A stretch of 28,150 bases of DNA from Oligoflexus sp. (GTDB taxonomy: Bacteria > Bdellovibrionota_B > Oligoflexia > Oligoflexales > Oligoflexaceae): positions 1-28,150 of the forward strand of contig JBGSTX010000315.1 in NCBI GenBank assembly GCA_041736305.1, read 5' to 3'. Under the pieces are notes generated by a model. It was not told the DNA's origin. It saw nothing but the letters and a program-made list of their open reading frames with translations, and did not search any database. The first letter of the stretch is position 1; every line of letters starts with the position of its first letter. A program made the position numbers and the translations under genes. Positions 17,625 through 25,834 of this stretch are shown here, piece after piece.

Positions 17625-18623
17625 CTAGGGGAGTGCTACGTGCATCTGGAGGAGCCACTGACCGCCGTTATTGGGTAACCAGCTACCGTTCCATTTGACG
17701 GCTGCTTGGGCGGGCATGCGACTCATGTTGGCGGAAACGACTTCGACTTTTTCAGGCTGAGGCGCGTTGATGATAGCTTCTATGATACCTATAGCCCAGA
17801 AACCAACGAATATACCGAGGGCGGCTGTCCGGTCGCTTTTTAAGTCGCTAATAAATGTCTTGTTCTCCTCGTTAAACGTGAGGATTTGGTCTGCAGTCAG
17901 GCGCTCATCCTGCGCAACCTTCACTTCGAGCTCGTCTCTCTCCTTGATTTGATTATTCAAATCGAGGAAGCGGTATATGCCGAATATTTCGACAGCGGCG
18001 AACGCGCTGCCTAGTATATAGGAACCATTATAAAACTGGCCAGTACCCAAAGGTAAGAGATGCGCTATTGAAAAGCGGCTGTCAGGGTCTCTCTGCTTAG
18101 GGTCTCTTGTCTTGGCTTGTGACTTTGCAGCCAAAGCCATTTTAGAAGACTTGGCCACTTTCTGAGATTTAGCCGAAGCTCCTGACGTTTTCTCTTGTGG
18201 GGAAGCAGCGGCGGCTTGAGCCGGAGCTGCTGGTGCCTGAGCTACCGGGGGAGGTGTAACAAACCTATTTTCTTTGATCCATTTACTTTTCAAGGCTGTG
18301 AAAAAACTAATGACTCCCGGATCGAGGACCTCGGACTCGTCAACGGTTATACCTCGATCGAGACTGACCGCTTGGAAAAAGCTTGCCGCTGCCAGCTTCT
18401 TATCGCTGCGCATATACTGGCAAATGCCGATGAACTTGAGGATGAAAGCCTGGTCTTCTTTGGTATTTACCTTTTTGAGGGCTGCCTTAAATTGCAGCTC
18501 GGCAACTGGATACTGGTTGCGCATATAGGGTTGGTATCCATCTTCAAAAGTTTGGCCATAGGCTCGGAGAGCAAAGATTTCGCTCAAAATCCAAAAGCTT
18601 AAGATGGCTCCAGCAGTCCGCAA
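17625..18623 (-). CDS. Exported TPR protein with a low-complexity linker and a C-terminal membrane-associated region
   Basis: Signal peptide, TPR-like N-domain, Pro/Ala/Lys linker and LLPLGTGQFYNG followed by hydrophobic segments. TTG start with a GAGG RBS. Confidence 0.65.
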   Translation of the reverse strand: MRTAGAILSFWILSEIFALRAYGQTFEDGYQPYMRNQYPVAELQFKAALKKVNTKEDQAFILKFIGICQYMRSDKKLAAASFFQAVSLDRGITVDESEVLDPGVISFFTALKSKWIKENRFVTPPPVAQAPAAPAQAAAASPQEKTSGASAKSQKVAKSSKMALAAKSQAKTRDPKQRDPDSRFSIAHLLPLGTGQFYNGSYILGSAFAAVEIFGIYRFLDLNNQIKERDELEVKVAQDERLTADQILTFNEENKTFISDLKSDRTAALGIFVGFWAIGIIEAIINAPQPEKVEVVSANMSRMPAQAAVKWNGSWLPNNGGQWLLQMHVALP

Positions 18624-18760
18624 AAAAATACCTCATTTTAAAGGCTATCTATCTATTCGGAAGCTTGGAATGAATCATGAGCTTTCGGCGCCGAGCAATC
18701 TTACGCCAGCAGTCTAAGTTCATATAAACATAGACAAAAGTTTCGATTGTCAATTTATAC

Positions 18761-18787
18761 TAAATTTTTACCGAAAAATGCCGATAA
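18761..18787 (+). promoter_or_regulatory. Sigma28 (FliA) consensus promoter
   Basis: Exact TAAA-N15-GCCGATAA, 33 bp upstream of ATG 18821. Confidence 0.75.
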
Positions 18788-18820
18788 GGTAAAAGTGTTG
18801 AGTGGAAAGGACCTAAAACG

Positions 18821-19302
18821 ATGAAGCTGAACTCTATGGTGCAAATCTCTCTCCTTTTATTTAGCTCTATTTGGATTATTTCATCCTGTGGGGTTTCCCC
18901 AGGGCCTTATATACCTGTGGCGGGAGGCCCAGTACCTGCGGCGACGTCTGAGCCTTCAGGTACGACGGGAACTGCTCCAGGCACTAAACCAGCGACGACT
19001 GGAACTAAGCCTGCCACCGGCACAACGCCCGGAGCAAAACCAGCTGTAACCCCCCCCCAGCCACTACGGCAACACCAGCGGCACCGCCGAGTGCTGCCTT
19101 GGTTCAACAGGGGACTACTGTTTTCAACGCAAAATGCGCTGCCTGTCATGGGGCAATTGCTCAAAAAGCTAATGATCCTCGCATCAACCTCAAGACCGCT
19201 GCCCAACTTTCGGCCGCGCAAACTAGCAAACCTCTCCCCCACCAAGCTGTGGTATGGCCGGTAGCAACGGAAATAACCGCCCTTGAGGCCGCCCTCAAAT
19301 AG
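18821..19302 (+). pseudogene. Monoheme cytochrome c lipoprotein, frameshifted at a C9 tract (phase-variable, pseudogene or sequencing error)
   Basis: Lipobox ISSC and a Pro/Thr linker in one frame. After the C9 run (19050-19058) the linker continues in another frame (PATTATPAAPPSAALVQQGTTVFNAKCAACHG…LEAALK*). One extra C gives a 160-aa ORF. Confidence 0.75.
18980..19048 (+). repeat. Degenerate peptide repeat G(T/A)KPA x3 in the linker
   Basis: GTKPATT-GTKPATGTTP-GAKPAV in the translation. Confidence 0.6.
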
Positions 19303-19377
19303 TCCGATAGAAACCTGCGCGCTCCTCACTTGCGAGCTGGCTCAGGTCTCAATGTCCCCTTAAGAAGGTGCTGCTGC

Positions 19378-19608
19378 ATGTCAACTAGCTATTCCGGTGA
19401 GAAAATAATCAATCGCCAACGCATCTGCGGCAAGTGCAAGAGCTACGTGACTCATGACAAAGCAAGTGACAATGAAATTGCCTGCGCACTCTGTGGTTTT
19501 CGGATCATTACTTCGCCGAACTTTTCCCGCCCTATTTCAGTAAAAGATATCGTCCGTCTCGTCGCCGTGCAGAATAAAGCGCGAGGTCGTTCGACCGTCC
19601 AAGATTGA
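19378..19608 (+). CDS. Small zinc-ribbon protein
   Basis: CGKC…CALC pair. ATG 19378 is preceded by AAGGT. Confidence 0.55.
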   Translation: MSTSYSGEKIINRQRICGKCKSYVTHDKASDNEIACALCGFRIITSPNFSRPISVKDIVRLVAVQNKARGRSTVQD

Positions 19609-19740
19609 GACTCTTCCCTCTAGTTTCAAAGATAAAAGACGCAGATGCTGCTTCTGCTTGCTCGCGGCCTATCGCGCGCGTATGTCTTGGGAAGGTGCCG
19701 GCGGCTGCAGCCGGTGCTTTTTCAGCGATGGAGTCTCAAG

Positions 19741-20607
19741 ATGATAGGAATCGTAGGCCCTGGGGCACTCGGTCATATGCTGAGCTTTTTTATTCAAAAG
19801 GCTGGGAATACGCCGGTCCAGTTGATAGGTAGACAAGGCCCACAAGAAATCCACGCAGAGATTTTCTGGGAAAACTCTTGGCAGTCCTGCGAAGTTCCTC
19901 TCAGCGATGAACCCTGCGATATGCTCTTAGTCGTTGTTAAAAGCTATGATCTCCTCGTCGCACTAGAGAACTCACTTCCCCGTCTAAAAGCCGGAGGAGT
20001 GCTGGTCTTGCTTGGCAATGGCTACCTCGAAGCGCTTGTTTCAGAGCTGCGGCAGGGGCAGACGCAGGTTCTCTGGCGCAAAGGCCTGGTCACCCGAGGG
20101 GTACGTCTCGAGGGTGAGAAGCGCTTCGTCTTGAGCAGCGAAGGTAAAATCCTCTGGGGAGGCAGGGACCCCGTGCATCCTCTGGAGCAAAATCTATTTG
20201 ATGCGCTGCAGAGTTTTGGTTTCGGCTGGGCTCAAGATGCTTGCGAACTTCGACGCGAAAAGTGGTTCTTTAATACAGTGCTGAATACCCTGACGGGCGT
20301 CTATCATTTGCCGAGCAACGGCGATGCACTTCGACTCTTTGCACAGGAGTTGGAGGTCTTGGCTGAAGAAGTGTTTGCTCTAGGACAGGAACTCTGGCCG
20401 GATTGGACGAAAAGCTGGGATCAGCTCTGGATCAGGCTTCTACAGCTTATTAAAGCGACAGAGAACAATGAGAATTCTATGGCTCGGGATGTTCGTTTGG
20501 GAAGAAGGACCGAAGCAGCCGTTCTTTCCGGCTGCCTTGCACTAGCTAAAAATCGCAGCGCCTATCCCTTGCTAGAGGGCTTCGATCGTCGCTTAGTGAG
20601 TCGGTGA
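19741..20607 (+). CDS. panE: 2-dehydropantoate 2-reductase (ketopantoate reductase) family
   Basis: IGIVGPGALG Rossmann motif, VVKSYD, LGNG, K..FN..LN.LT and NENSMARDVRLGRRTE. Start reassigned to ATG 19741, which follows GGAG. Confidence 0.85.
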   Translation: MIGIVGPGALGHMLSFFIQKAGNTPVQLIGRQGPQEIHAEIFWENSWQSCEVPLSDEPCDMLLVVVKSYDLLVALENSLPRLKAGGVLVLLGNGYLEALVSELRQGQTQVLWRKGLVTRGVRLEGEKRFVLSSEGKILWGGRDPVHPLEQNLFDALQSFGFGWAQDACELRREKWFFNTVLNTLTGVYHLPSNGDALRLFAQELEVLAEEVFALGQELWPDWTKSWDQLWIRLLQLIKATENNENSMARDVRLGRRTEAAVLSGCLALAKNRSAYPLLEGFDRRLVSR

Positions 20608-21546
20608 TTCTTGGCAAGCTTCACTGCTGCTATCAGCAACTAGGCCTAGCGAGCGCGCGCCGATCTCTTCGAAAGTACAGCTGATCCAGCCTTGATAACG
20701 GGTGAGGTCCATGAGAGTCCCACCACCTGCTTCGCAGCTGAGATCAGTATTGCGACCGGGGCCGGTGGTTGAGCCGACTAGAAAAAGACAGGAGCCGCCT
20801 TCCCCTTGAATGAAAGTCGGGCCACCCGAGTCACCGAAGCAGGCTCCCTTGCCAGTTCCGGACTCGAGTTGTAGCTCGCGGATGTCGGAGCGAAGAGAAG
20901 CGAGTTGAAGACGAGCTGTAGATAAAGGACGAAGCTGCCGGTCGCCCGTGTTGTAGGCTCCATATCCCGAGAGAATAACGGGCATGCCAGCGCCGATATT
21001 TTCTGGCTGGGCTAGAGCTACAGGGACCATGCCTTTTTGGAGGTTGCCCTTAAATTTTATGACTGCGACGTCGTTGAAGGCCTGCTCACGGATTCCGTTA
21101 CTGTCGGCTGAAATGCTCGTGAACTGCGGGTGCAGCCGAAAGGCGGTAACTTTCAACGCATCGATGACCGTACCTTGCGTGCCAAATCCCAGACGCAGCT
21201 CGTCAGGAGATTTGACGTCTTTGAGGCAATGGGCGGCAGTCACAAGGTGCTCGGGGCCGATCAGAGTTCCGGTACAAAAGCGTTGATTGCGTACCCATAT
21301 TTTTAGCGTCGAAGCGGTAGCTAAATCATCAGCTGCGACAGTCTCACCACCTACTATTTTGTAGGCAGCAGAGTTGGGGCAAGAAGGGGCCTTTGGCATT
21401 GCCGCTTTGGCGATAGCCTGCTGTGAGTTTTCGGAACTTTGATCTTGAGCTGAGGTTTGGGAAGTCTGTCCGGACTCGCGGCATACAGTGAGCAGGGGCA
21501 TCGCACCTAGCAGAATTGTAAGATAGGTCGCACTCATTTTTGCCAT
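20593..21546 (-). CDS. Secreted trypsin-like (S1A) serine protease
   Basis: Zymogen site K|IVGG, TAAHC, NDVAV and GACFGDSGGP. Start ATG 21546 follows a GAGGAGG RBS. Confidence 0.92.
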   Translation of the reverse strand: MAKMSATYLTILLGAMPLLTVCRESGQTSQTSAQDQSSENSQQAIAKAAMPKAPSCPNSAAYKIVGGETVAADDLATASTLKIWVRNQRFCTGTLIGPEHLVTAAHCLKDVKSPDELRLGFGTQGTVIDALKVTAFRLHPQFTSISADSNGIREQAFNDVAVIKFKGNLQKGMVPVALAQPENIGAGMPVILSGYGAYNTGDRQLRPLSTARLQLASLRSDIRELQLESGTGKGACFGDSGGPTFIQGEGGSCLFLVGSTTGPGRNTDLSCEAGGGTLMDLTRYQGWISCTFEEIGARSLGLVADSSSEACQESPTH

Positions 21547-21570
21547 GAAGCCTCCTCTAAGCTCCAAAGG

Positions 21571-21597
21571 CTATCGGCAAAGTCCTTAAAAATAATA
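21571..21597 (-). promoter_or_regulatory. Putative sigma28-type promoter
   Basis: GCCGATAG -10 box 24 bp upstream of the protease start; the -35 box is degenerate (TATT). Confidence 0.4.
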
Positions 21598-21731
21598 AAG
21601 TATTTGGGTAAGTGTCTGATATTAAAGCATTAAAGGCTTGGTCTTCAGATACTGAAAAGCGCGAGGGGGATTTTGGAGTTTGATTTAAAGGGTGAGTCTG
21701 TCCTGCAGATGATAGCAGGACAGAGAATGGT

Positions 21732-22730
21732 TCAGATGCGACTACAAACTGTTTCCAGAATGAGCTGAGTAACCATATAGGGGTCACAGTTAGCAGCAGG
21801 ACGACGATCTTCGATATAGCCCTTACCTTCTTGAGCTACCTGCCAAGGAATACGCACCGAAGCTCCGCGGTCAGAAACTCCGTACTTATATTCGCGATAA
21901 GAGCAGGTTTCATGCATGCCAGTCAGACGATCTTCGATACCTGCTCCGTAGTTAGAGATGTGCAGCTCATGACGTTCGCCGAGAGCTTGCGCTGCCTGCA
22001 CACATTTTTGGTAGGAATCCCGCATCGAAGCTGTCGAGAAGTTGGTATGGCAGCCGGCACCATTCCAGTCGCCCTTGACTGGCTTGGGATCAAGGCTGAC
22101 GTGTACGCCGTATTTTTCAGAAATGCGGCTGAGGAGCCAGCGGGCGATGACCATCTGGTCGGCGACTTCGGGAGCAGCAACGGGACCGACTTGAAATTCC
22201 CACTGAGCCGGCATGACTTCAGCATTGATTCCGGAAATCTTTAGACCAGCGGCCAGACAGGCGTCTAGGTGCTCTTCGACGATATCGCGACCATAAACAT
22301 AATCACCACCGACGCTGCAGTAATAAGGACCTTGGGGTGGGGGAAAACCAGCGGTCGGCCAGCCGAGAGGACGTCCTTCTTTGAAGAGAGTGTACTCCTG
22401 CTCAATGCCGAACCACATATCATCTTTGAGGTAGCGTTGAGCGATTTCTGCACACTTTGCCCGCGTATTGCTGGGGTGCGGGGCCATATCTATGGTGAGA
22501 ACTTCACAAACGACCAATCTGTGTTGAGCACCGCGAATCGGGTCCGGACAGACGTAAACAGGTTTCAGAACACAGTCGGAAGCTTTTCCAGGAGCCTGAT
22601 TTGTACTCGATCCGTCGAAACCCCAGATAGGAGGTTCTGAGTCACTATCGATAATCTTCGTTTTAGAACGGAGCAATGGAGTAGGCTTCGTTCCGTCTAT
22701 CCAAATATACTCGGCCTTATATTGACTCAT
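21732..22730 (-). CDS. glnII: Glutamine synthetase type II
   Basis: 332 aa with AEYIWIDG, LRSKTK, WGFDGSSTNQA, GIEQEY, GINAEVMPAQWEFQVG, GDWNGAGCHTNFS, RLTGMHET and EDRRPAANCDPY. Confidence 0.95.
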   Translation of the reverse strand: MSQYKAEYIWIDGTKPTPLLRSKTKIIDSDSEPPIWGFDGSSTNQAPGKASDCVLKPVYVCPDPIRGAQHRLVVCEVLTIDMAPHPSNTRAKCAEIAQRYLKDDMWFGIEQEYTLFKEGRPLGWPTAGFPPPQGPYYCSVGGDYVYGRDIVEEHLDACLAAGLKISGINAEVMPAQWEFQVGPVAAPEVADQMVIARWLLSRISEKYGVHVSLDPKPVKGDWNGAGCHTNFSTASMRDSYQKCVQAAQALGERHELHISNYGAGIEDRLTGMHETCSYREYKYGVSDRGASVRIPWQVAQEGKGYIEDRRPAANCDPYMVTQLILETVCSRI

Positions 22731-22784
22731 GTTCGCTTCCTAAATCCAAAAAGTTGAAATTGCGGCGATCGACTCCAGCCCCTA

Positions 22785-22801
22785 AGCAGAGGCTGTGCCA
22801 G
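22785..22801 (-). promoter_or_regulatory. Sigma54 (-24/-12) promoter of glnII
   Basis: The minus strand reads CTGGCACAGCCTCTGCT (GG-N10-GC with TGGCAC), about 55 bp upstream of the ATG. Confidence 0.8.
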
Positions 22802-23020
22802 CTTTTGTCTTCTGGAAAAATGTCTTGAAACAAGCTCACTTATGCGTAGAATAGTCAAAGCGTCTGAGTCAGAAAGAAAGAATCATGATTCGCATAGGTA
22901 GGAATGATAGGTGCTAAGCTACCATTTGGTTGGACTTATGAATTGCTGCTTTCAACTTGGCGTCTGGCGCATTTTTGGTTAGAAACTATGCTTCGAACCA
23001 TAGTCCTTTGAGAGGGAACC

Positions 23021-23296
23021 ATGTCGAATAAGTTTGATGCAGAAGCCTACGTAGCTCGTTGGGAGAAAGTCATCGTCCCGACTATGCTTTCCGTCATAGG
23101 GATCTCCCTTTTATTGGTGATTCTATTGAATATCAAGACCCAGCCTGATTGTCTGCGGCATGAGTTTGTCTACTGTGGAACACCCTCTCAGAGCAGCTAC
23201 CCAGTTCATCATGGGAGTGGAGGAGGCCACGGAACTGGGGCTGGTGACCCTCACCACGCTGATGAAGGTGCCTCAACGGGCCACGCTCCTCATTAA
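23021..23296 (+). CDS. Small single-TM protein with a His/Gly-rich tail
   Basis: GAGGG RBS, one hydrophobic helix, two Cys and the tail HHGSGGGHGTGAGDPHHADEGASTGHAPH. A terminator follows. Confidence 0.65.
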   Translation: MSNKFDAEAYVARWEKVIVPTMLSVIGISLLLVILLNIKTQPDCLRHEFVYCGTPSQSSYPVHHGSGGGHGTGAGDPHHADEGASTGHAPH

Positions 23297-23313
23297 TTTT
23301 CTGCGATCTATAG

Positions 23314-23355
23314 AGCAAGAGGCTGGGAACTAATTCTTGGCCTCTTGCTGTTTTT
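23314..23355 (+). terminator. Terminator hairpin between convergent genes
   Basis: AGCAAGAGGCTGGGAA-ctaa-TTCTTGGCCTCTTGCT followed by gTTTTT. Confidence 0.8.
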
Positions 23356-23368
23356 GTATGCGGAAAAT

Positions 23369-24406
23369 TTAGCGGAGAAGCGGAATACTTTGCGCGATGA
23401 CGGCTTCTCGGTTGATGTCCCTTACTTCGATTCTCATCGTGTTTTTCTGCCAATCAAGTTTGAGCAAGCCGTAGTTGAGACGGTTCAAAACCGGGCCGAC
23501 CCGCATACTGTTCTGGTTCTTGCTAGGATCGAAGGCCAGGTAGCTGTGGGTAAGGCCACTCGAGGTGACTTCCCATAGCTCGCGTCCGGACGGTAAATTG
23601 AGCTTGCTGAGTTCAGCAAAGTGGCGATCGCCACTGATGAGTAGAATATTGGAGGCCGGACTCTCATCGATGAGCTTTAGCAGGCGTTGCCGCGACGCGG
23701 GGAAATTGGCCCACTTTTCAAAGCGATGCTCACTCGGAATAACCTGTATGCTAGATACTACGAGTACGAGTTCAGCATCTTTCTTGGCTAACTCGGCTTC
23801 GAGCCAACGCCACTGTTCGGCTCCTAGCACATCGCCCTCGGGACCCGGCTTCGTAAGGTGATAGCGGGTATCGAGCAAAATTGTTTTCACGCGCTTCGTC
23901 AAAGGCCCCGAGAGATAGCTGGTGTAGATGCCAGCGCGCTGACGGCGCGGCGAATCCTGAGCCTCACCTATGAAATCGAGAAAGAGCTTCTGAGATGTAA
24001 GCTTGGGTTTCCAAGAACCGTCACCGTCGTTTTTCCCGTAGTCATGGTCATCATAGACACCTATCACCGGGACCTCTGTCGCTAGAAAAGCTCGATACTC
24101 CGGCTGTTCAAGTTCGGAAGTATAGATGCGAGCCAGCTTCTGCATATCAGGCGTGTCGCCATAAACTACATCTCCTGTCCAAACGAAGAGATCTGGCTGT
24201 TCCTCAGCGATTTTTCGCCAAAGAGGCTGAGGCAGCCCTTGTTTGTTGCAAGAGCCGAAGGTGATCGTTTGCAGGGGGGTACTCGATACAGCAGGCAGAC
24301 TCTTGGTTAGCTGGTTGCTGAGACCAAGCCCCTCTTCGAGAGCATCGGCTCCGCCGAAGCTGGTGCAGGCGCTCAGAAGAAAGATGGCGAAAAGAGAGAG
24401 TTTCAC
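23369..24406 (-). CDS. phoD: Alkaline phosphatase D family lipoprotein
   Basis: FGSC, GDVVYGD, YDDHDYG, LLDTRY, EKW and ISGDRH motifs; lipobox LSAC. Confidence 0.88.
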   Translation of the reverse strand: MKLSLFAIFLLSACTSFGGADALEEGLGLSNQLTKSLPAVSSTPLQTITFGSCNKQGLPQPLWRKIAEEQPDLFVWTGDVVYGDTPDMQKLARIYTSELEQPEYRAFLATEVPVIGVYDDHDYGKNDGDGSWKPKLTSQKLFLDFIGEAQDSPRRQRAGIYTSYLSGPLTKRVKTILLDTRYHLTKPGPEGDVLGAEQWRWLEAELAKKDAELVLVVSSIQVIPSEHRFEKWANFPASRQRLLKLIDESPASNILLISGDRHFAELSKLNLPSGRELWEVTSSGLTHSYLAFDPSKNQNSMRVGPVLNRLNYGLLKLDWQKNTMRIEVRDINREAVIAQSIPLLR

Positions 24407-24515
24407 AGATCACCTCGAAACTTTGGCGTAGATATGGAGACTGAATAACGTAGCTTTTGGTAGTGAAATTCGGCAAGTTTGTAAATGTTTTATTTCTTTC
24501 AAACCGAGAGGTGAT

Positions 24516-24998
24516 GTGATGTCTGAACTTTATACGTTCGAAGCCAAGACGATAGATGGCGAAGCTACTACGCTGAAACCTTATGAAGGCAAAGTTCTCC
24601 TCATCGTCAATGTCGCCAGTGCGTGTGGGCTCACGCCTCAGTATCAGGGTCTGCAGGAACTCTATGAAAACTACGGGGAAAAGGGCTTTAGCGTACTAGG
24701 CTTTCCTTGCAACCAGTTCGGTGCCCAGGAGCCTGGTACTGAGAAAGAAATAGCCCAGTTTTGCAGCACGAGCTTCGACGTTAGTTTTCCCATGTTTTCG
24801 AAGATCGAGGTCAACGGACCCGGCGCTCATCCCCTCTATCAGTACCTGAAGAAAAAACAGCCGGGTGCTGAGGGTAAGGCTGATATCGAGTGGAACTTCG
24901 CCAAATTTCTAGTCGATAGAAAAGGGCAGGTGGTCGAGCGTTTTTCTGCTCGAACCGAACCCTCGGCGATTAAAGCTAGAGTCGAAGCTCTCCTTTGA
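24516..24998 (+). CDS. btuE: Glutathione peroxidase (Cys-type)
   Basis: NVASACGLT.QY, LGFPCNQFGAQEPG and WNFAKFLVD. The start is GTG 24516 or ATG 24519. Confidence 0.93.
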   Translation: MMSELYTFEAKTIDGEATTLKPYEGKVLLIVNVASACGLTPQYQGLQELYENYGEKGFSVLGFPCNQFGAQEPGTEKEIAQFCSTSFDVSFPMFSKIEVNGPGAHPLYQYLKKKQPGAEGKADIEWNFAKFLVDRKGQVVERFSARTEPSAIKARVEALL

Positions 24999-25053
24999 TC
25001 GTATAGTGGTATACTGAATGCCATCGCCGCTTTTTTCTCATAGAGAGGAGCTT

Positions 25054-25383
25054 ATGGATTTTCGCATTCTTGGCTCGGGACTTTTGCTCTGCGTTTTATT
25101 TCAGTCGTCTTGTGCGACTCCTTTACTTGGATCTCGTGAACGTAAAGAAATGACTGGTCTCGAGGAGATGTCGCTCGAGTATCTCAAGGGCGAATGGGGT
25201 GACCCCGATAGCGACGTCGCCACTGGCGAGAAACGCATCGTCCATTATAAGAATGTCCGCAGCGAAGACCTCGAACCAATTTCTAGGCAGGTGACCGTCA
25301 AACACTGCGTCGTCAAACTTGAAATCAATAAAGCCGAAATGGTCTCGAGCTGGGAATACGAAAGTTGTGAAATAGACAAATAG
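25054..25383 (+). CDS. Small lipoprotein of unknown function
   Basis: GAGGAG RBS before ATG 25054, lipobox-like QSSC and a WGDPD motif. Two further Cys may form a disulfide. Confidence 0.7.
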   Translation: MDFRILGSGLLLCVLFQSSCATPLLGSRERKEMTGLEEMSLEYLKGEWGDPDSDVATGEKRIVHYKNVRSEDLEPISRQVTVKHCVVKLEINKAEMVSSWEYESCEIDK

Positions 25384-25385
25384 CT

Positions 25386-25832
25386 TCAGCCACACTGGCA
25401 GCGGATATCGGGATAGTCAGCAGAGACTCCCGATAGATGATACCAGGCTCCGCCAGGTATAGCCTGGGCTCCTGGACCTTCGACTCCCCCCTGGCCCTGC
25501 ATGCAGTGCTTCTTATCTGCGTTCAGACAACGAACGCTGTTCCTGCTCTGATCTGCTCCTGATTCTAAGACTCTGGGATAAGAACAAATGTAATCTTTAT
25601 CTGCATGCCGAGCGGGGCGGATTATGGAGCGTTTTGGGCATTCCGCTCGAGCCTCAAAATCTGGAGCCGCTTCCATCATTCCGGGTCGACGTCGGCGATG
25701 GGGGCAGTCGGCTACTTGCACTTGCACGTTTATATAGGCCTGCTGCTTGGGATCACAGTAGACCCACAGTTCTTCTGCAGATAGTTCTTGGGATAGTTGT
25801 AGGAGCAAGAAGAATAGCAGGATAGATCTCAT
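25386..25832 (-). CDS. Secreted Cys-rich protein, Hint-less paralog of the N-domain of the upstream gene
   Basis: Signal peptide and 8 Cys. Residues 80-148 align by hand with residues 52-121 of the 25835-26734 protein (31/70 identical). It ends PDIRCQCG*. Confidence 0.85.
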   Translation of the reverse strand: MRSILLFFLLLQLSQELSAEELWVYCDPKQQAYINVQVQVADCPHRRRRPGMMEAAPDFEARAECPKRSIIRPARHADKDYICSYPRVLESGADQSRNSVRCLNADKKHCMQGQGGVEGPGAQAIPGGAWYHLSGVSADYPDIRCQCG

Positions 25833-25834
25833 TT

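Noticed and set aside
19059-19264. C-terminal half of the 147-aa ORF 18821..19264
   Set aside because: This is out-of-frame sequence after the poly-C tract; the alternative frame encodes the linker continuation and the CxxCH domain.
19605-19740. ORF 19605..19832 and the upstream extension of panE from 19645
   Set aside because: PanE homology starts at the Rossmann motif at 19741, which has an RBS; the overlapping ORF has no recognisable features.
22860-22985. NtrC binding sites upstream of glnII
   Set aside because: Only partial half-sites are present, with no convincing TGCAC-N7-GTGCA palindrome.
25386-25388. TGA after CQCG as selenocysteine or readthrough into a Hint domain
   Set aside because: The readthrough sequence (SYLSISQLSYSQ…) is not Hint-like, runs antisense to a real lipoprotein gene, and shows no evident SECIS.
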